A DNA stretch of 63,677 nucleotides, counting the filler. It is 11 parts of 11 records of this genome, joined end to end, with 100 filler letters (N's around TTAATTAATTAA, not from the genome) between each part and the next. Parts side by side here need not be neighbours in the genome. Positions count along the whole stretch, not along the records: positions 32,643 to 36,129 come from SRR11831586_876; positions 36,230 to 38,992 come from SRR11831586_882; positions 39,093 to 41,342 come from SRR11831586_883; positions 41,443 to 55,969 come from SRR11831586_890; 7 more parts are not named here. The stretch is one strand, 5' to 3'. Under the pieces are notes generated by a model. The model made no database searches. It was given only the letters and a program-made list of their open reading frames with translations, and was not told where the DNA came from. Shown here piece by piece: positions 32,643 to 42,155 of the stretch. Positions within the stretch are counted from its first letter, which is position 1; every line of letters begins with the position of its first letter. Both the position numbers and the translations under genes were made by a program.

Positions 32643-35160
32643 ACAAAGTGGACCTCCTCTCCAATGACCAAGACCGTCTCGATGTGACCCAGTTTGTGCA
32701 GCAGCACGCTCGAAGAACTCTTGAGACCACCAGTGAGGTCCCGCTCTTTCCCGTCTCAGCCAAGCGCGCGTTTTTGGCACGGACAACACCGTCCGCAAAC
32801 GCAGATGCGTATGTACACGTGCACTGCACCGACCGTGTCGTTCATAGCGCAGTACAGAGACTGCGCACTTCTGGTGTTGTAGGCGCCAATCTTCAACCAT
32901 CCTCTGTTCCTCTTGCGGTTCACGTGTGTTGTCCTCTTCGCGGTGTTCATCCATGATTATGTCTGTGATGGTGCCTGAGTATCGCACCGTTCCTGTTTGT
33001 GCAGAGAATGGGCGGAGAGTGGGATCGCCTCGTTGGAAAATTACATCGCCACCACATTGACGACGGGCGAGCGGTTCAAGTTAAAGCTCTCCGGGCCTCT
33101 AAAAGTGGCAGGTATACCGAAAGAAGGAGATGGTGAGGTGAAGAGCTTGTGTGTGTCAAATAATGCGTTGTATTGTTACTCGTGCGACTGCGGTTCTGCC
33201 TGTTGAATGGTGCGGGTATCCTCAATTTCACCCTCTGTGTACTCTTTGCAGAACAAGTCTCAGCCAAATACATCGCGGCTGTCTCACAGAAGCGTGCTGT
33301 GCTGCGACATGACGAGGAGACTCTGCAAAGTATCGGTATGCTAACACTCACACATATTATGCTGCTTCGGATCGTGCGATCTACGTCAGTACAGCTGAGT
33401 TTTCATGTTTCCGTTGTGGGTTATTTGATAGATACGCAGCTGGACGAATTTGCGCGGGATATGGCCAAAGAATTCAAATCATTTGAAAGCCGTATTGATG
33501 CGGTGATGCTGGAGACGATGGAACGAGGTACGTAACGTCGTGTGTATCGCTTTGTTGTGCCGATTGCTCTGTACGCTTTGTGTACTGATATACTCTTATC
33601 CTCCCGACCACTGCGTTTGCTGTGTTTATTTTTATTGTGTGTCTGTGCATCGAAACTGATCTTGCAGTCACTGAATTCTGCGCGTAGGGGATGCCTTTAT
33701 CAATCGCACTTTCGCTGTGGGCCGCCTGTTCGATGTTCTAAACGCCACCCGGCTGCGGCAGCTCTTTGAACAGTACGTGTTGTGCGTGCGGTGATCTGTT
33801 TCAGTATCGGTGATGTATTTTGTTGTCGCAGAACGGCTGGATTTATTGCAGTGTGTTGTGTGCGCAGGGAGGTCGTGGGCGATGCGGCTCAGCGACTGGA
33901 CGCCGCTATGCAAGATCTTACGGACTGGCTGGTGGAGCGCTCGAGGAAACAGTGGTCCTTCCTGCAGTACTACCTCGAGCAGCAGACCGCAAAGGCGTGT
34001 TGCTACGTTCACGTTTGGTGCTTCTTTTGCTCACTGTTAATGTGTGTGTGTCGTGTGTTACATTCCTTGCGTTTTTTTTGGCTGCCTTCTTCCGCTTCCG
34101 CGAAGTCATACGCGTCTATATACCATGAGATCGCAGTTGTCAGTCGCGTACGTGAAGTAAGCTCCCCCGTATTACGTCATCGACCGGAGCGAGCTGTCTG
34201 AGGAAGTCTGGGAGATGGACATGCGTCCTACTCACACGCCCCGAATGTGCAGGCGACCGCAACTGCTGCCTTACAAGGCATGACTGCACCGCGCGGTCTT
34301 CTGGACAGCACTGACAGCACACGGAGGCATCTGCTTGATCGGCTCACCACAGAGACCAGTGCAGTGTTTGGTACGGTAGCGCCCCGTATCTCTCCCGTGT
34401 GTATGTTTCAAACGCTGTTCCCAATGTATCGCAGTCACTTTGCCGTGTGCGCGTGTGTGGGTATGGGCGTGTCTTATGTGTGTTTGCCTCTCTAGTAGAC
34501 GAGCGGGCACAGCGTGTGCATGCGGACGCCGTGAGCCACGCCCTGCGAGGAGCTCTGGTACAGGCCGCTGCTGCATCAAGTGTCGGTATGTGCTTGCATG
34601 CCCTCGTTATGCGAGTCACCGACCGCTTCTTGCGTGCATAGGTGTGGGTGTTGCGGCGGCCACTGCAGCGGGTCTGATTGATGTGACCGGGTTTATCGGC
34701 GCAGGGACTTTGGCTGCGCTCTCATTGGCGGTGCTTCCCGTGCGAAGGTCCTCTGCCCGTCGTGATCTGCGTGTGCGGTTGCAGCACGCACGGGAGCGGA
34801 CGGTGCAGGCTGTGCGCGCCAAGGCAACGGCGGAGACTGAACGTGTGAGTATGTGCGGGCGTGTGCGTGCGCGTGTGCGTGCATTGGCTGCGTGTCCTTC
34901 TTGTGCGAAGCTCTGTGTCTTGCATGAATTGTTTTGAGCCAAGCACTGTGATGGGAACATTCTACTTGCGGGGATCCTTCATTTTTCTGGCCGTCTAATT
35001 TCTGTGTTGGGCTCTAGTCGGTGTAATGCGGAACGCGGTGCAGCCGTTTGCACGCTATGTGCGGTCGGAGTTGCAGCAGGTGGACAGCCTGTGTGCCAGT
35101 CTGGACAACAACGCACGGTCGATGCGCTTGCTCCTGACGCGTGTGGGCGACATGGCCTAG
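32643..35160 (+). CDS. spliced gene, 5'-truncated: FZL/mitofusin-like (bacterial dynamin-like family) membrane GTPase
   Basis: exons 32643-32808, 33005-33111, 33252-33335, 33432-33527, 33688-33772, 33868-33994, (34106-34147 probable), 34253-34370, 34496-34585, 34642-34848, 35018-35160 join in frame; (N)KVD G4, FPVSAK G5, ERFKLKLxxPL, hydrophobic hairpin ending LPVRR. Confidence 0.82.
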
Positions 35161-35535
35161 TGTTGCACGCTCGTGCGAGGCAAAACGTGCGAGGCAGCGA
35201 ATCTCCTCGTTATAGTGCTTGAGTTACGGTTTATCAAGTTCGACGACGAACCATAGATCGCGCAACTCTACACACCCGCAGTACATAAGTGGGCGGCAAG
35301 CGCGCTCTACTTACGGCGAAGCAACAACGGCGCGCGAGTTTGCTAGGAAGCGCGAATTCTGCTTCCCCACATCAACATCGTCGCGCGTATGGAGCAAATG
35401 TTCTGAGAAGTTGTGGCCTGTGTCCCGGCGAAAGTCCGTGCGATGACGACGGGCCCTCCGATCGCAACATTGGGCCAGTCATTGTGTCGCAGTCGCACCC
35501 AAACGATGCTCAGCTCGAAGCATGTAATAAGCCGC

Positions 35536-36102
35536 CTACAGTCGTTTCTCGCACTCGCTGAGCAGCGCTTGGGTTGAGTCCGTCTGCCAGCAGCCCATTT
35601 TCAGGGGACCACCTGCCAACGCAATGTATTGGCGCAGTAAAGCTGTAGCCTACGAAGGAGAGTGTGAGTTTGCAGCGCAGATGTACGTACACAGAAAAGA
35701 GGAACGAACATCCCACGGGCGAATCGAAGGGCACAAGACGAACGCCGCAAAACACAACGTACTTGTTGAAGATGACCCTCATGAGCGAAATGAATACCCC
35801 TACGAGCCACAATCAGCATCGAATCCGTTACGATAAAATTCGCACGAAACTCACTCGGCAAACACAACAGCAATAGAGAAGCGCAGAGTTCAGCGGAAAC
35901 AACACGCGTTTTAGTCGTAGTCAATTTTCCAGTCCATGAGCGTACATGTAAGCACGCAGCACGCCCTCAAAGATGAGCCCAAACACACACATATCGTCCA
36001 GCAGTCCTTCCTCCAGCAGCTTCTGTGTGTCCGCGTCCTCTGCGATCCAGTTACGCGCCCCTGCAGTGCGGGTCTGGCGCAACTCGCTCAGGTATTCGAT
36101 TC
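35536..36102 (-). CDS. spliced gene, 5'-truncated: unknown protein with TPR-like C-terminal helix pair
   Basis: exons 36102-35946, 35799-35763, 35649-35536 join in frame across two GT-AG introns. Confidence 0.65.
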
Positions 36103-36129
36103 CTACTCATTTCACGGTGAGATCCCCCG

Positions 36130-36229
36130 NNNNNNNNNNNNNNNNNNNNNNNNNNNNNNNNNNNNNNNNNNNNTTAATTAATTAANNNNNNNNNNNNNNN
36201 NNNNNNNNNNNNNNNNNNNNNNNNNNNNN
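36130..36229. other. artificial contig linker
   Basis: 44N-TTAATTAATTAA-44N. Confidence 0.99.
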
Positions 36230-36259
36230 TGCGACGCTGACGCGTCTTATCAGGCCTAC
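36230..36259. repeat. partial REP element at contig start
   Basis: TGCGACGCTGACGCGTCTTATCAGGCCTAC. Confidence 0.88.
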
Positions 36260-36329
36260 CCACTGTTTTTACACCGATAATTTTTCCCCCACCTTTTTGC
36301 ACTCATTCATATAAAAAATATATTTCCCC

Positions 36330-36345
36330 ACGAAAACGATTGCTT
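36330..36345 (+). promoter_or_regulatory. PurR box in codBA promoter
   Basis: ACGAAAACGATTGCTT resembles ACGCAAACGTTTGCGT; codBA is a known PurR target. Confidence 0.8.
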
Positions 36346-36361
36346 TTTATCTTCAGATGAA

Positions 36362-36382
36362 TAGAATGCGGCGGATTTTTTG
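36362..36382 (+). promoter_or_regulatory. codBA -10 (TAGAAT) and initially transcribed GATTTTTTG tract
   Basis: TAGAAT at 36362-36367 followed by GATTTTTTG at 36374-36382, the known UTP-sensitive reiterative-transcription site. Confidence 0.75.
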
Positions 36383-36411
36383 GGTTTCAAACAGCAAAAA
36401 GGGGGAATTTC

Positions 36412-37671
36412 GTGTCGCAAGATAACAACTTTAGCCAGGGGCCAGTCCCGCAGTCGGCGCGGAAAGGGGTATTGGCATTGACGTTCGTCATGCTGGGATT
36501 AACCTTCTTTTCCGCCAGTATGTGGACCGGCGGCACTCTCGGAACCGGTCTTAGCTATCATGATTTCTTCCTCGCAGTTCTCATCGGTAATCTTCTCCTC
36601 GGTATTTACACTTCATTTCTCGGTTACATTGGCGCAAAAACCGGCCTGACCACTCATCTTCTTGCTCGCTTCTCGTTTGGTGTTAAAGGCTCATGGCTGC
36701 CTTCACTGCTACTGGGCGGAACTCAGGTTGGCTGGTTTGGCGTCGGTGTGGCGATGTTTGCCATTCCGGTGGGTAAGGCAACCGGGCTGGATATTAATTT
36801 GCTGATTGCCGTTTCCGGTTTACTGATGACCGTCACCGTCTTTTTTGGCATTTCGGCGCTGACGGTTCTTTCGGTGATTGCGGTTCCGGCTATCGCCTGC
36901 CTGGGCGGTTATTCCGTGTGGCTGGCTGTTAACGGCATGGGCGGCCTGGACGCATTAAAAGCGGTCGTTCCCGCACAACCGTTAGATTTCAATGTCGCGC
37001 TGGCGCTGGTTGTGGGGTCATTTATCAGTGCGGGTACGCTCACCGCTGACTTTGTCCGGTTTGGTCGCAATGCCAAACTGGCGGTGCTGGTGGCGATGGT
37101 GGCCTTTTTCCTCGGCAACTCGTTGATGTTTATTTTCGGTGCAGCGGGCGCTGCGGCACTGGGCATGGCGGATATCTCTGATGTGATGATTGCTCAGGGC
37201 CTGCTGCTGCCTGCGATTGTGGTGCTGGGGCTGAATATCTGGACCACCAACGATAACGCACTCTATGCGTCGGGTTTAGGTTTCGCCAACATTACCGGGA
37301 TGTCGAGCAAAACCCTTTCGGTAATCAACGGTATTATCGGTACGGTCTGCGCATTATGGCTGTATAACAATTTTGTCGGCTGGTTGACCTTCCTTTCGGC
37401 AGCTATTCCTCCAGTGGGTGGCGTGATCATCGCCGACTATCTGATGAACCGTCGCCGCTATGAGCACTTTGCGACCACGCGTATGATGAGTGTCAATTGG
37501 GTGGCGATTCTGGCGGTCGCCTTGGGGATTGCTGCAGGCCACTGGTTACCGGGAATTGTTCCGGTCAACGCGGTATTAGGTGGCGCGCTGAGCTATCTGA
37601 TCCTTAACCCGATTTTGAATCGTAAAACGACAGCAGCAATGACGCATGTGGAGGCTAACAGTGTCGAATAA
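36412..37671 (+). CDS. codB: cytosine permease
   Basis: 419 aa, GTG start; NCS1-type hydrophobic profile, WTTNDN motif. Confidence 0.97.
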
Positions 37672-38944
37672 CGCTTTACAAACAATTATTAACGCCCGGT
37701 TACCAGGCGAAGAGGGGCTGTGGCAGATTCATCTGCAGGACGGAAAAATCAGCGCCATTGATGCGCAATCCGGCGTGATGCCCATAACTGAAAACAGCCT
37801 GGATGCCGAACAAGGTTTAGTTATACCGCCGTTTGTGGAGCCACATATTCACCTGGACACCACGCAAACCGCCGGACAACCGAACTGGAATCAGTCCGGC
37901 ACGCTGTTTGAAGGCATTGAACGCTGGGCCGAGCGCAAAGCGTTATTAACCCATGACGATGTGAAACAACGCGCATGGCAAACGCTGAAATGGCAGATTG
38001 CCAACGGCATTCAGCATGTGCGTACCCATGTCGATGTTTCGGATGCAACGCTAACTGCGCTGAAAGCAATGCTGGAAGTGAAGCAGGAAGTCGCGCCGTG
38101 GATTGATCTGCAAATCGTCGCCTTCCCTCAGGAAGGGATTTTGTCGTATCCCAACGGTGAAGCGTTGCTGGAAGAGGCGTTACGCTTAGGGGCAGATGTA
38201 GTGGGGGCGATTCCGCATTTTGAATTTACCCGTGAATACGGCGTGGAGTCGCTGCATAAAACCTTCGCCCTGGCGCAAAAATACGACCGTCTCATCGACG
38301 TTCACTGTGATGAGATCGATGACGAGCAGTCGCGCTTTGTCGAAACCGTTGCTGCCCTGGCGCACCATGAAGGCATGGGCGCGCGAGTCACCGCCAGCCA
38401 CACCACGGCAATGCACTCCTATAACGGGGCGTATACCTCACGCCTGTTCCGCTTGCTGAAAATGTCCGGTATTAACTTTGTCGCCAACCCGCTGGTCAAT
38501 ATTCATCTGCAAGGACGTTTCGATACGTATCCAAAACGTCGCGGCATCACGCGCGTTAAAGAGATGCTGGAGTCCGGCATTAACGTCTGCTTTGGTCACG
38601 ATGATGTCTTCGATCCGTGGTATCCGCTGGGAACGGCGAATATGCTGCAAGTGCTGCATATGGGGCTGCATGTTTGCCAGTTGATGGGCTACGGGCAGAT
38701 TAACGATGGCCTGAATTTAATCACCCACCACAGCGCAAGGACGTTGAATTTGCAGGATTACGGCATTGCCGCCGGAAACAGCGCCAACCTGATTATCCTG
38801 CCGGCTGAAAATGGGTTTGATGCGCTGCGCCGTCAGGTTCCGGTACGTTATTCGGTACGTGGCGGCAAGGTGATTGCCAGCACACAACCGGCACAAACCA
38901 CCGTATATCTGGAGCAGCCAGAAGCCATCGATTACAAACGTTGA
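37661..38944 (+). CDS. codA: cytosine deaminase
   Basis: 427 aa from GTG 37661; HIHLD, HCDE and GHDD amidohydrolase motifs. Confidence 0.98.
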
Positions 38945-38973
38945 ACGACTGGGTTACAGCGAGCTTAGTTTAT

Positions 38974-38992
38974 GCCGGATGCGGCGTGAACG
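38974..38992. repeat. partial REP element at contig end
   Basis: GCCGGATGCGGCGTGAACG. Confidence 0.85.
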
Positions 38993-39092
38993 NNNNNNNN
39001 NNNNNNNNNNNNNNNNNNNNNNNNNNNNNNNNNNNNTTAATTAATTAANNNNNNNNNNNNNNNNNNNNNNNNNNNNNNNNNNNNNNNNNNNN
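38993..39092. other. artificial contig linker
   Basis: 44N-TTAATTAATTAA-44N. Confidence 0.99.
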
Positions 39093-41342
39093 CTTGAGTA
39101 CTGTTGCAACCCGCGCGCTTTCACTACATGTGAGTCGGAGAGTGTGTGAGGATCACGGGTTGCAGTACCTCTTCTGCGGTAAATGAGTGAGTGAGTGTGG
39201 TTGAGTGCAGCTTGCGGCTGCTTCGATCTTGTCTGAGAGCATAGCATTCGTTATTTTTTGAGTCAGTGACTGGTGCAAGAGTCGTGCGTATTTTTGTTAA
39301 TTCGCGTGAGGAACGCTCGCGAAGCGGACTGTGTGTGACAATAGTCGCCTCCGCTGGAGGGCTATATTTTGTTTCGTCAAGGAGATGTGCTAGCTTTTCG
39401 GGATATTGTGTTAGTGATTCTAAGTTTTTTATAATTGTTGTGTGGCCTGTCTGTCTGTACCCCTTGCGCGTACACGTCAGTGGTGTTCTGTAAAGCGTGT
39501 GTCGTGGTGCAATGAATTTGCTGGGACTCGCGCCGTCCGCGGGCAACGCGCCAGTTGTTGCGTGTGGCGGGGGCATTGGTGTTTCCGACTTTTGTAGGCC
39601 GTGGCACTGAGCACAATATCGAGGTAGAATGTGGGAAAGTATCTGTGTGCGTGTTCTCCTGCGTGTGCGTGTGTGGGTTCTGTGTTGAGCACGCAGCGTT
39701 GGGGCTTGTGTGTTTTTGTTGTATCGATTGCGGGATATGTGCGGGCCTTCTAAGGACAGGGCGCCGTGCGTGGAGAGACTGTGTCGGAATAGTCAGCGGG
39801 GAAGTGTACGTGCGCCTACAGTCATGAGAGTGTGTGTATGTGTTGTGTGGGGAATTACACGCATTCGGTTGCTGAGGTGTGCGTGGTCGGATGTTGCATT
39901 GTTGTCTGTAAATGTACAATGGATAGTAATGGTGGGGTGTGGTGGCGGTATGTATGTTTTCCGATGGGTCGGGTTGCCTTGCGTAGGTGTGGTGCCCGAT
40001 GTGTGTGCAAATGTATAGTGTGCGCAAGTGTGCGAAAGTAAAATGAAATTTGTATTACGGCTTCTGCGCGGTATCGGTTCCTATTGTCATCAGCCGCACA
40101 CGCTGCTGCTGTTGCACCATCATTCGATTTACTGGAGGAGACGAAGGTGGCACGTAGAGACTGTGATATCTGCTTACCAATAACGACGCTGCTTATATGA
40201 GGGTAGCGTCGAGAGCAACAGCATGGATGCTAATCGAAGGCGGTTCAGAGCGTATTTTTCGCTCTGTCTATCGTTCTCGTCCAACTGAGAGCAGTTTCAC
40301 TCTGCTGGCTTGTGAGATGTGTGGCTTGGTAGCTGCCACTGGGTCGGAGAAATACAGAATCTCGTCTCCAACAAGAATACACACGCACAAACCATGTGCG
40401 TCCCATTCACACTCACGAATCTACAGCACCCGCACCCGCACATGCACACTTCCCCGCTGCCCACACCGCACAGTCTCGCCACACACGGCGCCCGGTGCTA
40501 GAGGCAAGGCGGACACCCGCAGACTATACACATAACATATAGTCTTCGTACAAGGTGCCTACAAGATCAGATTCACAAACACACACAACAATTAATATAC
40601 CGTGTTCTGAAGCGTATCGTTACGGGCGCTCGCTCATATCCATCAAGACATTTCGGCAGAGGAGCACGCGGCAGCGCCCATAGCCGACCACACATCGCCG
40701 TCTTCCGTTTGTTCGAGAATCACAGAGCCGACGAGCGATGGGTCGGTCATGCCTCGCCACACCGCCCGAACGCGTAAACTGGGGCTCACGGGGAAGATCC
40801 AGCTGTTGTTGTTGGTCTCCGGCGCCTGCACGGGCACCACGTTCGAACTGTGTGCAACGATTCTACTCACAGAGGGTATCAGTATGAAATGAGACTGAGT
40901 TTAGAGCGTCGTCCTTGCACAAGATCGTACGTGTTTGTCTGCGCGTGCTGCACGGTGACGGTGCAGTTTTGGATCACAATGACGCAGTCAGCACCCCGCG
41001 TCAACTCGCCATCCGGTTGGCGACCTCCAGTCACTGTTCCCATAACTACGCGGACCAGTGTGGGCGCTGCTGTGACCGGCATCATCGTGAGAGTCTGAGG
41101 CGAAGACAAGGAGAAATGTTTTCATATTTGGAGTTTGCTATCTTTCTGCATCTTACAGAATGGACCCCCAACCTAGTGCCCTAGCCCTACATTCGTAAAA
41201 GATAAACGTCGGTTAACGACACACACGTATCGTATTCTGACTGACGTGACTTTCAATAAACTTGCGATCTCCGGTTTCAGAATGAGCGATATCGCCGCAC
41301 GGTTTCATCCGAGGTGACCATAGTTGTGTACATGTAGTCCAC
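39093..41342. other. non-bacterial (probably eukaryotic) contig 2
   Basis: TG/CA-rich low-complexity DNA, no recognisable bacterial gene, one frame-restoring GT-AG intron. Confidence 0.85.
40643..41094 (-). CDS. last two exons of a spliced gene of unknown function
   Basis: exon 41094-40931 (preceded by pyrimidine tract + CAG) and exon 40847-40643 join in frame across an 83-nt GTACGA...CAG intron. Confidence 0.58.
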
Positions 41343-41442
41343 NNNNNNNNNNNNNNNNNNNNNNNNNNNNNNNNNNNNNNNNNNNNTTAATTAATTAANN
41401 NNNNNNNNNNNNNNNNNNNNNNNNNNNNNNNNNNNNNNNNNN
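41343..41442. other. artificial contig linker
   Basis: 44N-TTAATTAATTAA-44N. Confidence 0.99.
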
Positions 41443-42102
41443 AATAACGATGTTGAAGATGTCGCTATCTCCCGCGAGCAGCAGAATGTTTCTGTACCAA
41501 TGCCGCAGCTGGAGCAGGCAAATCAGGCGTTAGTGGCGAAGACTGGCGCGCAGGAGTACGCACCGCACGTCATCAACACTCCGCTGGCATTCCTGATTAA
41601 GAGTGCTTTGAACACCAATATCTTTGGTGAGCCAGGCTGGCAGGGTACTGGCTGGCGTGCAGGTCGTGATTTGCAGCGTCGCGATATCGGCGGGAAAACC
41701 GGGACCACTAACAGTTCGAAAGATGCGTGGTTCTCGGGTTACGGTCCGGGCGTTGTGACCTCGGTCTGGATTGGCTTTGATGATCACCGTCGTAATCTCG
41801 GTCATACAACGGCTTCCGGAGCGATTAAAGATCAGATCTCAGGTTACGAAGGCGGTGCCAAGAGTGCCCAGCCTGCATGGGACGCTTATATGAAAGCCGT
41901 TCTTGAAGGTGTGCCGGAGCAGCCGCTGACGCCGCCACCGGGTATTGTGACGGTGAATATCGATCGCAGCACCGGGCAGTTAGCTAATGGTGGCAACAGC
42001 CGCGAAGAGTATTTCATCGAAGGTACGCAGCCGACACAACAGGCAGTGCACGAGGTGGGAACGACCATTATCGATAATGGCGAGGCACAGGAATTGTTCT
42101 GA
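41443..42102 (+). CDS. mrcA: penicillin-binding protein 1A, 3' part (truncated)
   Basis: GGKTGTTN transpeptidase motif; C-terminus GEAQELF. Confidence 0.95.
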   Translation, partial: NNDVEDVAISREQQNVSVPMPQLEQANQALVAKTGAQEYAPHVINTPLAFLIKSALNTNIFGEPGWQGTGWRAGRDLQRRDIGGKTGTTNSSKDAWFSGYGPGVVTSVWIGFDDHRRNLGHTTASGAIKDQISGYEGGAKSAQPAWDAYMKAVLEGVPEQPLTPPPGIVTVNIDRSTGQLANGGNSREEYFIEGTQPTQQAVHEVGTTIIDNGEAQELF

Positions 42103-42104
42103 TT

Positions 42105-42128
42105 AAAAAGGCGCTTCGGCGCCTTTTC
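42105..42128 (+). terminator. intrinsic terminator after mrcA
   Basis: AAAAGGCGC-TTCG-GCGCCTTTT hairpin. Confidence 0.82.
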
Positions 42129-42155
42129 AGTTTGCTGACAAAGTGCACTTGTTTA

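Larger units (their letters stand above)
32643..36129. other. non-bacterial (eukaryotic) contig 1
   Basis: no long ORF; TG-rich intervening segments bounded by GT...AG whose removal restores reading frames. Confidence 0.93.

Noticed and set aside
34850-34882. (GTGC/GT)n-like tract as a functional repeat array
   Set aside because: Short degenerate microsatellite inside an intron; no repeat-spacer structure
32809-35017. Intervening sequences as self-splicing group I/II introns in a bacterial gene
   Set aside because: Too short (56-258 nt), GT/GC-AG bounded, and without the conserved structural motifs of self-splicing introns
32595-36185. The many 60-165 aa ORFs in foreign contig 1 as individual small genes
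   Set aside because: They are exon-plus-intron read-throughs or antisense frames of the two spliced genes; several also run into linker Ns
32643-41342. Eukaryote-to-E. coli horizontal transfer, prophage or genomic island
   Set aside because: Foreign DNA is bounded only by artificial linkers, with no att sites, integrase or real junction sequence
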